DNA of 64,000 bases from Eledone cirrhosa (taxonomy: Eukaryota). The DNA is taken from positions 12,648,001 through 12,712,000 of the forward strand of contig OZ024743.1 in the NCBI GenBank assembly GCA_964016885.1, given 5' to 3'. The position numbers and the translations under genes were made by a program. This document shows positions 13,893-26,197 of this stretch, one piece after another. Numbering within the stretch: position 1 is the first letter of the stretch; the number at the start of each line of letters is the position of its first letter. The notes beneath the pieces were generated by a model. It made no database searches, was not told the origin of the DNA, and saw only the letters and a list, made by a program, of their open reading frames with translations.

Positions 13893-14576
13893 CAGACGGT
13901 TTGAAAATATCTTGTAATTGCTGTTGCTATTAAATAAGTGAGTAGGTATGTTAAGGATTAATAGTAAATGTGGTAACTTGATTAAGAAGAAACAATGGCG
14001 AGAAGCAGAGAAAGACAGCAGTTGGAAGTCAGTAATGTGGGAGTTATCTGATATGAGGAGAGGCGAACAAACAAACGATATAACAATATAAGAGGAATGT
14101 CTGTGAAGGGAAAGAAGGATATATATGATGAAACCATAGATTAACGATGCCTCAGTGTGTGCGTGTATGTGTGTGTATGTGTATGTATGCGTGTGTGTAT
14201 GTGTGTGTATGTGTATTGTATGTATGTGTGCGTGTATGTGTATGTGTATGTGTGTGTGTATGTGTATGTATGTGTAGGTATGTGAGTGTGTGTGTGTATG
14301 TGTGTGTGAGATAGATAGGGAAAGAGAAAGAGATAGGTAGATAGATAGAAATAGAGAGATAGAGAGAGATAGAGATAGTGATAGAGATACAGATAGATAG
14401 ATAGAGAGAGGGAGAGAGAGAGAGTGTGTGTGTGCGAGAGAGATATAGAGATATAGAGATAGTGATAGAGATACAGATAGATAGATAGAGAGAGGGAGAG
14501 AGAGTGTGTGTGTGTGTGTGTGTGTGTGCGAGAGAGAGAGAGAGAGAGTGTGTGTGTGTGTGAGCTAGCTAGCTAG

Positions 14577-14632
<56 letters not shown>

Positions 14633-14850
14633 GAGCTGGAAGTATATAATGTCATGTCCACCCATTCACAACAATCAACCTTATTATTTTTGAACTATGA
14701 ACTATATATGGTTAGAACAACACTGGTGTCACAAAGAAGGACGCAGCAAAAACAACAACAAAAGAAATGAGAGAACAAAATAATAAATATATCCATCACT
14801 CACAAACACACACCCTACTATACACACACACATACAACTATAAACATTCA

Positions 14851-14895
<45 letters not shown>

Positions 14896-14900
<5 letters not shown>

Positions 14901-15636
14901 AGTATGCATGTATACGTACATACATATATGTATACAGACGTACAGTAGCATGCACATATATATACATATGCATACAGGTACACATACATATATGCACGTA
15001 TCAGTTTAGCGGCGCTAACGTCGCTTTGTTCGTTTGTAAACAAACTGAACAGCCTGAATTTATGCCATACGGTGTTAAGGCAACCACGTCACCTTTTTGT
15101 TCAACACTGACACAGGAACGATGTACTAGTTTCAAGCTTGTTAGCTATCATCAGCACCGTTTACCCATCTGCCAGATAGTTGAACGTTCGAAAGTATATA
15201 CTTTCCTTATGAAAATTAACGGCTGAGCAGCCTAATTTGCATATTGAGTGAGTTAAATCGGTCAGGCATACCGAAAACGATAAATTGAAACAAAATGAAA
15301 ACGAAATTTCATTTCTCACTCTTAGTATGGCACTTACTTAAATGTAAGTATGCATGTATACGTACATACATATATGTATACAGACGTACAGTAGCATGCA
15401 CATATATATATATATATACACATATATATACATATGCATACAGGTACACATACATATATGCACGTATCAGTTTAGCGGCGCTAACGTCGCTTTGTTCGTT
15501 TGTAAACAAACTGAACAGCCTGAATTTATGCCATACGGTGTTAAGGCAACCACGTCACCTTTTTGTTCAACACTGACACATAGTGCCATACTAAGAGTGA
15601 GAAATGAAATTTCGTTTTCATTTTGTTTCAATTTAT
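14896..15636 (-). mobile_element. Non-coding PLE-like cassette with partial tandem duplication plus terminal inversion, in (TA)n
   Basis: 14896-15114 is repeated at 15342-15580; 15280-15334 is inverted at 15582-15636; contains a hammerhead. Confidence 0.75.
15117..15161 (-). ncRNA. Type I minimal hammerhead ribozyme with canonical core
   Basis: Minus strand: AACGGTG-CTGATGA-TAGCT(AACA)AGCTT-GAA-ACTAGT-A-CATCGTT. 7-bp stem I, palindromic stem III, GUA triplet. Confidence 0.88.
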
Positions 15637-15660
15637 ATATATATATATATATATATATAG

Positions 15661-15993
15661 TAGTGAAAGAGTGAAGAATAACATGGTCGGCTATACAAAA
15701 GGGGTTTTATTTACAGTATTAACAATTGTTTCATTGATCAGGTGAGTCTAAAGGCCGCTAATCACTCGAAGTTACGTCATTCGACCTTAAATACAGTGCG
15801 TGTCTCTGATCAAATCATCGGAATACAGTATTCCGATGATTTGATCAGAGACACGCACTGTATTTAAGGTCGAATGACGTAACTTCGAGTGATTAGCGGC
15901 CTTTAGACTCACCTGATCAATGAAACAATTGTTAATACTGTAAATAAAACCCCTTTTGTATAGCCGACCATGTTATTCTTCACTCTTTCACTA
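15661..15993. repeat. Perfect 166-bp-arm palindrome (1-nt centre at 15827) with a ~160-bp tail to (TA)n
   Basis: Centre ...CATCGGAATAC-A-GTATTCCGATG...; left arm abuts (TA)n. Confidence 0.95.
15826..15940 (+). ncRNA. Hammerhead-like motif with extended stem II and CCGATGA core (mirror copy on minus strand)
   Basis: CAGTATT-CCGATGA-T-TTGATCAG...CTGATCAA-T-GAA-ACAATTGT-T-AATACTG, followed by AATAAA. Confidence 0.75.
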
Positions 15994-16154
15994 TTATTAC
16001 TTCAAGAACTACCTGCATGGGAATTCTCGCAAAATCGGTACCTAACTAAGGAAACCTCTTGTTGAGTCAAACAACGCCGTACTTTAAAACTATCCATAGT
16101 ACAGAGTACTCACAACCTCTCACTGGATTACCTAAAACGATAACTTGTTATCCC

Positions 16155-16277
<123 letters not shown>

Positions 16278-16474
16278 CAATTGGAAGCTTAGTAAAATCG
16301 AAGCTTTGTCTGTGGCCAAGCAAAGTCGACCTACAATATGGAATGAGCAACAAAGCACTCGATAAGGGTAGGTCCTTAGAGTAATAACATACATTTACAT
16401 AGCTTGACAAATTGAAAATTACGGTAGGCAAAACCCAACCATACAATACCAAAGTAACAAAAGAACTAATCAGG

Positions 16475-16510
<36 letters not shown>

Positions 16511-16586
16511 TACTATCACCATAACAACCGTTGTCATGCATATCACACACAAATAGCACACGAATACATAGAACATTAAGAAAATT

Positions 16587-16706
16587 TGTTTCTACTTTTG
16601 GCACAAGGCCAGCAATTATCCCAGTGTATTACTGGTGCTTTATTTTATCGACCCCGTAAGGATGAAAGACAAAGTTAACCTCGGTGGGATTTGAACTCAG
16701 AACGTA
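16587..16706 (-). mobile_element. 5'-truncated SINE of the same family as 4551-4730
   Basis: Near-identical core and tail. Confidence 0.8.
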
Positions 16707-17099
16707 CACCGCACACAAACTGTACCCCACGTATACTTAAAATAATCTATACACATACTACAATATACATAAATTACAGGCATGCACGCACATACAGAGA
16801 AACAGCATTTATATGCTGAAATATATACACCATTAAATATATATTCATACACACCATTATCGCTATAACTATTGCCCACACACAACAGCTTAAACCTGCT
16901 CTATATATTCCATACCCAGCCGTTGTTGTTCTTTAAACTATGCACCAACCGTACCTATACTTTCACACGCTCACGAACACAAACATACACAGATACACAC
17001 AAACACACACGCGCGCATGAGCACACGCACTCCTATTACTACATCTGTTGCATTCTTTTTGGGCCTAAATGATTATTATAAGATGCCATCTAGTGCGAC

Positions 17100-17890
17100 A
17101 TGGCTTCGGACAGTTTAGAGCTCCAGCTTGACCAGAACCACCTCGCATGTTTTCGTTCGGCCTCGCAACACCAACAGCGGTGCCTGGTTCAATACCTTAC
17201 CCTCCTTTCCGACTGGCTCGCAGCTGGATAACGATAGCCTGCAAATCTGGGTTTCCCTGAGTTTCGGCCTCCGGATATCCGAGCCTCACAAATGTTGCAA
17301 CGGATTCTTTCGGCCTCCACCTGCTGTTCTGTCGCTACAGTGCCGGGTGCCTTTCACGGCTTCGATGCTGTAGGCTTCCCCTCCCAGCTCGAGCCGGAGG
17401 GGCTGAACCGACGGGAGGGCAAAAGGCCAGACGACATAACCATCTTCCCGTTTCGCGGTGGTAAACCCCTCTTCAGCGATGCTACATGCAGCGATACTTT
17501 CTCCAGCGGCAACCTGGTGCAGTCTGACTAATCGAGGCTCTGCTGCACTTCGAGCGGTAGAGGGTAAACTCTCCAAATATCAGTCACTTTCCGTCAGGTT
17601 TGCAGTCAAACCCGTTGCAGTGGAGACTTCTGGCGTCCTTGGCCCTAGGACCACATCCCTACTCACTACCATTGGCACGGAGTTGGTTACTCGCAGGTGT
17701 GAGTTTCGTGAGCTGGAATGGCTCTTCCAACGCGCCTCCTTTACCATCCTCCGGGGAAATGCCTTCTCTATTATGTGCGTCAGGGTCGCTTAATATAGTC
17801 AGAGATGGGGAGGCTGAGAGAGACAGATGCAGTGACAATGGGAATTTGATCCCTTTATGTTCAGTCCTTGTTAGGAATTTTTTGTTTTAG
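17100..17890 (+). mobile_element. Decayed 3' portion of a CRE-clade (RLE-type) non-LTR retrotransposon
   Basis: SGAWFNTLP...LSFGLRI.EPHKC, EPEGLNRREGKRPDDITIFPF.GGKPL.SDATCSDT, KLSKY...PVAVETSGVLG...LFQRASFTILRGNA, spread over three frames. Confidence 0.78.
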
Positions 17891-17988
17891 TGTATGTATA
17901 GATACCCCCCCCCCCCTCCCCACACAACCACACACACCTAACTGCACACACAACCGCGCGCGCACACACACACACACACACAACCGCG

Positions 17989-18092
<104 letters not shown>

Positions 18093-18343
18093 TTTACGCT
18101 TGATATAATAGAAAAAGAATCTTAACGATAAGAATTATAAATTGGTCTGGTAAATATCAGAAATTCTACGATGTTGCTGCTTTCTTGTCAAAAACTTCGG
18201 TAATACAAGGCTGTTGAAGTGAGAGGTGCAAGGGACGTAACTGGGTTGGCTTGTGGAGCATGATTTTATATGGAGCCAATGTCAGTTCCGTTTTGAGTAG
18301 AAACGATAAATGCGTTCGGTGTGTGGAAATTTCTTGTTTTTTG

Positions 18344-18375
<32 letters not shown>

Positions 18376-18381
<6 letters not shown>

Positions 18382-20114
18382 ATTAGAAACACACAGATAC
18401 ATGCGGACACACACACATATATACATGAATGCATCCGCACCCAACTGTGAGTTAAGGGTGCCAACTTCACCGATGTTGCTCAATGAATGACTGGGACAGA
18501 CCAATTCAGTTGAACTAGACTGAACCAGTATCAGAGTTACTGGAAGGCTTCCATTACTCATACTTCTCGCCTTCTTCACCACCTCTTCTACGGCCTCGAT
18601 ATAAATACCCCCTCCGCCTCCGTGGTATTTTCTTCGGGGTTATAGGAGGCTTAGCTCTGTTTCTCAACCGTTATATCGCGTGACTATCTCCCCCTCCGCC
18701 TTTTGGGATTCTTTCTCACGTCGTGTAGACGCGTTCTTGAGACTAGTAAAATGAGGTATCCTCTTGATAAGTCGGCAGACCTCGCAAGGACTCTATATCT
18801 TTATAATATATTGTTTTTGTTTATGCCACGAAACTACGTAGTCGAGGAATTTAGGAGCAGTTTAGGTATGATACATTTTATTACTAATTATATCTAAATG
18901 TTTCTTCTCTCTTCATAATGTATTTTTAACTCTGATACTGGTTCAGTCTAGTTCAACTGAATTGGTCTGTCCCAGTCATTCATTGAGCAACATCGGTGAA
19001 GTGGGCACCCTTAACTCACAGTTGGGTGCGGATGCATTCATGTATATATGTGTGTGTGTCCGCATGTATCTGTGTGTTTCTAATTATATTGTTAATAACT
19101 CCCTATGGTCGAGCAATCTTTGAAGTGTGGGGACAGCTGGAAGGCTTCCATTACTCATACTTCTCGCCTTCTTCACCACCTCTTCTACGGCCTCGATATA
19201 AATACCCCCTCCGCCTCCGTGGTATTTTCTTCGGGGTTATAGGAGGCTTAGCTCTGTTTCTCAACCGTTATATCGCGTGACTATCTCCCCCTCCGCCTTT
19301 TGGGATTCTTTCTCACGTCGTGTAGACGCGTTCTTGAGACTAGTAAAATGAGGTATCCTCTTGATAAGTCGGCAGACCTCGCAAGGACTCTATATCTTTA
19401 TGATATATTGTTTTTGTTTATGCCACGAAACTACGTAGTCGAGGAATTTAGGAGCAGTTTAGGTATGATACATTTTATTACTAATTATATCTAAATGTTT
19501 CTTCTCTCTTCATAATGTATTTTTAACTCTGATACTGGTTCAGTCTAGTTCAACTGAATTGGTCTGTCCCAGTCATTCATTGAGCAGCATCGGTGAAGTT
19601 GGCACCCTTAACTCACAGTTGGGTGCGGATGCATTCATGTATATATGTGTGTGTGTCCGCATGTATCTGTGTGTTTCTAATTATATTGTTAATAACTCCC
19701 TCTGGTCGAGCAATCTTTGAAGTGTGGGGACAGCTGGAAGGCTTCCATTACTCATACTTCTCGCCTTCTTCACCACCTCTTCTACGGCCTCGATATAAAT
19801 ACCCCCTCCGCCTCCGTGGTATTTTCTTCGGGGTTATAGGAGGCTTAGCTCTGTTTCTCGACCGTTATATCGCGTGACTATCTCCCCCTCCGCCTTTTGG
19901 GATTCTTTCTCACGTCGTGTAGACGCGTTCTTGAGACTAGTAAAATGAGGTATCCTCTTGATAAGTCGGCAGACCTCGCAAGGACTCTATATCTTTATGA
20001 TATATTGTTTTTGTTTATACCACGAAACTACGTAGTCGAGGAATTTAGGAGCAATTTAGGTATGATACATTTTATTACTAATTATATCTAAATGTTTCTT
20101 CTCTCTTCATAATG

Positions 20115-20117
<3 letters not shown>
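18376..20117 (+). mobile_element. Retrozyme-like non-coding element: 2.6 tandem copies of a 597-bp unit plus a 164-bp 5' inversion, in (TA)n
   Basis: Units start at 18540, 19137 and 19734 and differ at only a few bases. 18376-18539 is the reverse complement of 18927-19090. (TA)n on both sides. Confidence 0.85.
18759..18848 (+). ncRNA. Variant hammerhead (TTGATAA core); repeated at 19356-19445 and 19953-20042
   Basis: TCCTC-TTGATAA-GTCGGCA...TGCCAC-GAA-ACTACGTAGT-C-GAGGA: 5-bp stem I, 10-nt palindromic stem III, GUC triplet. Confidence 0.72.
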
Positions 20118-20163
<46 letters not shown>

Positions 20164-20175
20164 GTGTGTGTGTGT

Positions 20176-20795
20176 TTTGATTAAGGATAGACTGTTGTCT
20201 AATAACTATATTAATGAGTCTGCAAGTTGGTTTATTAGCGAAATCATCTTTATGATCGTTAAGTGCAATATAAACCTCTCTCCTAGCCAATCATTTTAAC
20301 TTGTTGTTTACTTTGAGAGTGGTAGCTATATGCTTTACCCCATCATTGATGGCATGGTAAGTAGCAGGGTCAGCTTTTTTTTATTTAGACTCTATGGTGT
20401 TGTTCAGAAGTTGGTTGTAGGTAGAATTATCGAGTTCATAAAGATTCTTCGTTTTATAAGATAGTATGAAGATCTTATCAGACAACCTAAAGTTTTTAAT
20501 GTCTCTACTTAGTTTATTCTGAAAGGAGTTGGAGTGTTTGCAGAACGATATGTTAGCAACTAGATCAGCTTCAAAAGGAGAGAGGTCATTTCCCTTAGGT
20601 GGGTAATTTCTAGACTTCAGGTTGAAAATATTGAGCGAACTTGATAGTTTCCCGTCGAAGACCAGTGCCCTCCATCTCACTTAGTTGACCACATCTTCAA
20701 CGTTTTGAAGGAAGAGCTTAAAATAAGTCCTGTTGGATGGAGTCAGTATACTTTTCAGGGAGTAGTCAATCTCTCGGAGGTCGATTTTCACGTTT
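20176..20795 (-). pseudogene. N-terminal part of a Penelope-like element ORF (Naiad-like), decayed
   Basis: DYSLKSILTPS...VRWRALVF...PFEADL...NSFQNKL..DI...SYKTKNLY and YIALNDHKDDFANKPTCRLIN resemble the remembered YSLKNIPIP / KRMRWKA / DKT / KDHKxNF..CRLINP motifs. Clade name is tentative. Confidence 0.7.
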
Positions 20796-21108
20796 GGTCG
20801 GGTACTCGAATATATAGAGCGCTCAACAGATTACAGCGCGTTGCCAATCGTACATATTGTGTATGATTCTATTGGTCACAATAAGTTTCTGGAGCTAGTT
20901 ACTGTAGTATGCTCATGCAGAAGGCCAGATACATGCGCCCTGGATCGACAGTACGACACTCCAGCTGTGATATATGAAGCAGAAGTGACTTCAATCAGCC
21001 AGAACCACCAAACAGAAGCCTGGACTTATGCTGGAATGTATTAGAGCTGGTTAAAAAATCAAAAACCTTTTCCTGAACCACGAAACAATCTACTGACACC
21101 ATGACAAA

Positions 21109-21141
<33 letters not shown>

Positions 21142-21476
21142 GTGCCACCCATGCTATATGTGATTAGTGCAGGGATATTGTGCTGCCGTAACATTTAGGC
21201 ATATTGTGCCACGTGATCAGGTTGGGTCAAGGCCTCAAATACGTTGCCTCATACAATACTGTGTGCACCATCTGCGCGGCGGCGCGTGGGTGGACGGATA
21301 GGGGGGGGTCCTCATCAAGTATATGCATCCGGTGTGGGAGCATGTGGGTGCATGTATGTATGTGTGCCCACACAGACATGCATGAGCACGGGTGTGTGCA
21401 TGCATGGGTCGATGTATTTGTCTGAGCATGTCTGCGTGGGGGTACGGATGTCTTTCCATGGATATTTCTTTTCTCA

Positions 21477-22167
21477 TCTATATATATAAAGCTGTGGTTG
21501 TCTGTCTGTTTATCGATTTTTGGTACACATCTCCTCTTAGAATCTCTGACGGAATTGCACCGAAATTGCTATACTTGTACATTGAGCCCTAGCGAAGACA
21601 TCGGAAAAAAAATATTTCAAATTGACCCACCCTATGTGACGAAATCGAATCTAATGTATCGATTTTTGAGCGTAAGTGACGAGTTATTTCCCTTTGTTCT
21701 GTTTACATTGAGCGTCTTACGTTGTTTACATTTTCTGCGTGCAAAAATTAAAAAAATTACGCTGGCTTTCTCAGCGTTTAAAATGACATTAACACAATAC
21801 ACGAACAGTTGTCGAGCCAGCAAAATTTTGACCTGCAAAATTCATCAGTTCGAACACTAAGCTTCCGTTTTGCTTCATTTCCATTTAAAAGCCTTTTAAA
21901 ACAATATTTTTACTTGAAAACAAGTCTATTTAAAGACTACGTAAAACAAGCAAATATTTCGTAAAAAAAAAGCAAAAATTATATACGTTTATTTAAAATA
22001 TATGTATCTGTAAATTTCGTTAGGCGTGCAGACAGACAGTCGTGCAGACAGACAGTCGTGCAGACAGACAGTCGTGCAGACAGACTTTAAGCCAAAAAAG
22101 AAACTTAACATTGTAACTTTAACACAGCTACTGAGCGACCCCGAGCGACGCCGGGCTTTACTGCTAG
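21477..22167 (+). mobile_element. Non-autonomous Helitron
   Basis: Starts A|TCTATATATATAAAG; GC hairpin CCCGAGCGACGCCGGG then CTAG|T at the end. Confidence 0.8.
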
Positions 22168-22917
22168 TCTGTCTATATATGTGCAGCGTCTTGGCTACGC
22201 ACGCTCCCCTCAGTCCAGTGTGAGAGTGTAGAATTGGGTCTATTTGTTGAAAACACCTTTGATATAGCCCTTCCGTTTGAATGGGTGTTGAAAGCAGCTT
22301 TCTTTTTAAAAACGTTCTTGCTACAGGTTCTTTCATTTTCTTGTTCATTTTCTTTTGAAATATGTATGGCGGAGTGTATCCTAAGGCTGTGTCATACAAA
22401 TGTTACGCTAAACATCCCCATGATATGTGTTTTTTTTTTTAAATTCCCGCAAAAGATTATTTATGATGAATGCCGCATAAAGTATAATTGCGGGTGTGCA
22501 TCAGACCGATGTAGACTAAGGCGCCTAGGGGCAATAAAGACGTTCAAGATTACAGCCCCTCTCCCACCACAGTAGTAATTCTGATACATGAAAAAATTTT
22601 GATTGACAGGTGGAGAACGAGAGGAAGCAAGAAGTGGGCAACCATGAGCGGCTAGAAATATCGATCACGTGTACAATTCTTGACCACTCATAGAATATGA
22701 CAACAACATGATCCAAATCAACAAACGAAGAAATTCGATGTTAAAGGACTATCGGAAAATCTGCTTCGTAGAATCGAGACGTATCTGACGACCGTGTTGA
22801 TTTCAGAGTCAGGTGTGATCACCATATCGATCGTGCCTCGAGCTGGTCGTTCGAGAAACATTTGTAATATGTCCAATAAATTCCTTTCGTCGCAACACTG
22901 ATTCCCTTTTTTCTGTG

Positions 22918-22948
<31 letters not shown>

Positions 22949-23952
22949 CCATCTATCTAGATGTATACTGCATCTTCAGCCATTTTTTCGCTACTCCAGA
23001 GATTATCTGTTGAAATTGGTTGAATAAAAGTATTGTACGCATCATCAATAAACATAGAGATTGGAAAGAGTACGTTCACTGTTATATTAATTCATCACAC
23101 ATAGAATACTTAGGGAGGATGAAGATAACTTGCGGTATTTATCCTGACTCGCCGCTCTTAATTTAAATCTCAAGAGGTCTACTTTGCCTTTTATCTTTTC
23201 GCGAGTCGATATAATAGAATACCAGTCCAGGGCTATTGATTGGTGGAATTTCTAGACGGTTAGAAGAGAGGCTTTGTGGCATTTCTTCCGGTTCTTTGCG
23301 TTCACTACCTGGATATTGGTTGTCTTTAGAGTAGTCCACTGTAAGGCAATCAATCAGGGCAGGTCACTGGTTTAAGAATATATTTAAAATGTGTCATAGG
23401 CTCTTCCCATTCCCGCCTTATATGCGAAGTTGAGGTAGGTTAATGCTTTTTCCTCTTAATATTCCATCCTGAAATATCCGGGGATCCTATATGTCATAAT
23501 ATGGTGTGACCCAATTAGTTTCGAAAATCATGTTGTGGAAGCACCCATATATAACAAAATCCCTCAAGACATTTTACATATTACCTAAAGAAATGCAGAT
23601 GAATCTGAAAAATTATAATTGTTTTTTTACTTAGATATGAGAGTTTAGTAGAAGGCAAATATTTAGTTTCAATGTTTATACGGATATAACTACGTATCTG
23701 AAATATTACTTTAATTTACATTTTAGCAAAAAAGAAAGACAACTCTAATGACTGAAAACCATTCATAAGAGTTGTTTCTCTTGTAAGTTTATTTAGGCAG
23801 GGGAAGCAACTCTGAGGCAGGAGAAGCTTTATTCAGCAGCAACCATTCTTTGCGTTCTTCGCTACCTTCGCCAACTAGACACCCCCCCACACGCATGTTT
23901 ACACACACATACATGTATGTGTATGTATATCTCTCTCTCGCTTTCTCCCCCC

Positions 23953-24033
<81 letters not shown>

Positions 24034-24119
24034 GAGGTAGAACACTAGAAGGTAATATCCGTAGTGGTAGAGCACTCAGTCCATGGGAATATGGGCTGTT
24101 CCGTGTAACCATTACCAGT

Positions 24120-24160
24120 CCGAGCTGAAGATCCTCATAAGGTGAAACAATGGTTCTCGG
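24120..24160 (+). ncRNA. Type I minimal hammerhead in a PLE fragment between (TC)n(TA)n tracts
   Basis: CCGAG-CTGAAGA-TCCT(CATA)AGGT-GAA-ACAATGGT-T-CTCGG. Confidence 0.82.
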
Positions 24161-24186
24161 TACGGTGAACTAACTGCGGTGTTACT

Positions 24187-24282
<96 letters not shown>

Positions 24283-24385
24283 CGAAGGAAGTATGGTAAG
24301 GTATCAGGTGGACCATAACGCACTTGAATACTCGATACCTAGCCGTCGAAACGGCCGGAGCTCAGCCGCCTAGTTCCTGACTCTT

Positions 24386-24473
<88 letters not shown>

Positions 24474-24812
24474 TTATCTACCATAGATATGAAGGCGCTT
24501 CTACATACACATAACATCCATATAGTATGCGTGTATACAAAGTACAACCGGCTGAGATGTCGATGGTGCATCGTAACTCCCTATGGAAAAACTCTCCGAG
24601 TTTAATTCGGATATCATATAATTTGTATGCTGGCAATCGTTGTAATTACTGTCAAATGTTTTGGTAGAGTGTAATGTTGAGCTCGCATATAATTTACTGC
24701 GGGTTATCAGAGAAGGTATATGAGTGTAATCAGTGTAATCAGGAGATGAATATCACATATTCAGTGGAGTCTTACCGAAACAAATTCGAAATGAATATGT
24801 GTTACACACAGA

Positions 24813-24900
<88 letters not shown>

Positions 24901-25789
24901 TTATCACACACACACAGTAATAAAATATGAATTATCGATATATTTGTAAATGAACTCTTACAGAGATACAGTTATGAAGGTTTATATTTTGACTTTGTTG
25001 AAATTTAAATGAAAAATAAATCTTTGTAACTTTATATGAATAACATTACCGGCTTAAACAAAATTTTGCTCTTTGATATTATTCATTATACTCATGAAAT
25101 TGGAAGGCATGCTGAAATATTTCTACTCAACACTTCAGTATTGAGTGCTTAACCAATTAATGTTTGAATGTTCTTTAGTTTTTTAAAATATATCTTCTAA
25201 TATACTTATATACATGTTGATTGCTATTTCTTGTCATAAGTATGATCATGTGCACGCAGATGACTTTTCAGACACGCTTTTGTTTTACTGGTACGTTCAC
25301 GGATGTGACACTTGAACTGTCTATCTCCTGACATTACCGGATGGTCGGTGTTTTCATGCATTCTACCATGTCTGGTCAGACCACCGGCTGTCTTGAAAAT
25401 TAACCTATATTCCTTGCAAATGTACTGTGGAGTGAGAGGTAGTAGAACTATTTCACACGTACCTCAATTTCTCTCTGGTTCATGTCACTTCATATAGTCG
25501 ACAAGTCCAGCTCTTGATAGAATAAATAAGCCACCTTGCTGATTAGTTTTGAAGGCATTGCATACGTGTCCCACTTACGAAGTGAACGCTTCAAAACAGC
25601 ATGCTCAACTCTATTTTTCCTCAAAGATATCACATCCATACTTGATAATCATTCTTCGTGATGTACGATCATCAGCCAATACTTTACTGTTCTCCATATC
25701 AATCTTCAGAGCTTTAAGATTGTCTTTTATGACATCCTTAAATCGCTTCTTTGGTTTATGCTGTGGTCCTTTTTCTTTGGTCAGCCCCA

Positions 25790-25851
<62 letters not shown>

Positions 25852-26128
25852 CATCAGACTATAGGTGAGGAAGATGAAAGACCAAGGGAGCACCCCTTCT
25901 CTGTGCTCCTAAGGAGAAGGGTTGCACACTTTTTTCGGGGGTGTGTGCGACCCCCCAAGGCGCCTCCTCTCTATTGAGGATTTTGTTATAAATTTTATTT
26001 TTTGTTATATCTTATTTTATTTTTATATTTTGTTATTGCCTCCTCCTTATTGAGGACGCCTTTTTGTGTAAACTCCCCCCTTTGTACTTGTCCCACTTTT
26101 GATGCCCTAGTGGCAAATAAAAGAAACA

Positions 26129-26129
<1 letters not shown>
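25852..26129 (+). mobile_element. Severely 5'-truncated Tx1 copy (3'UTR only) between (TCTA)n tracts
   Basis: Near-identical to the 3'UTRs at ~52105-52385 and ~46590-46836. TCTA repeats at 25789-25851 and 26130-26197. Confidence 0.92.

Positions 26130-26197
<68 letters not shown>

Noticed and set aside
20805-20880. Hairpin plus GCAACGCG upstream of the Naiad-like ORF as a hammerhead
   Set aside because: No recognisable CUGANGA box and no convincing stem I.
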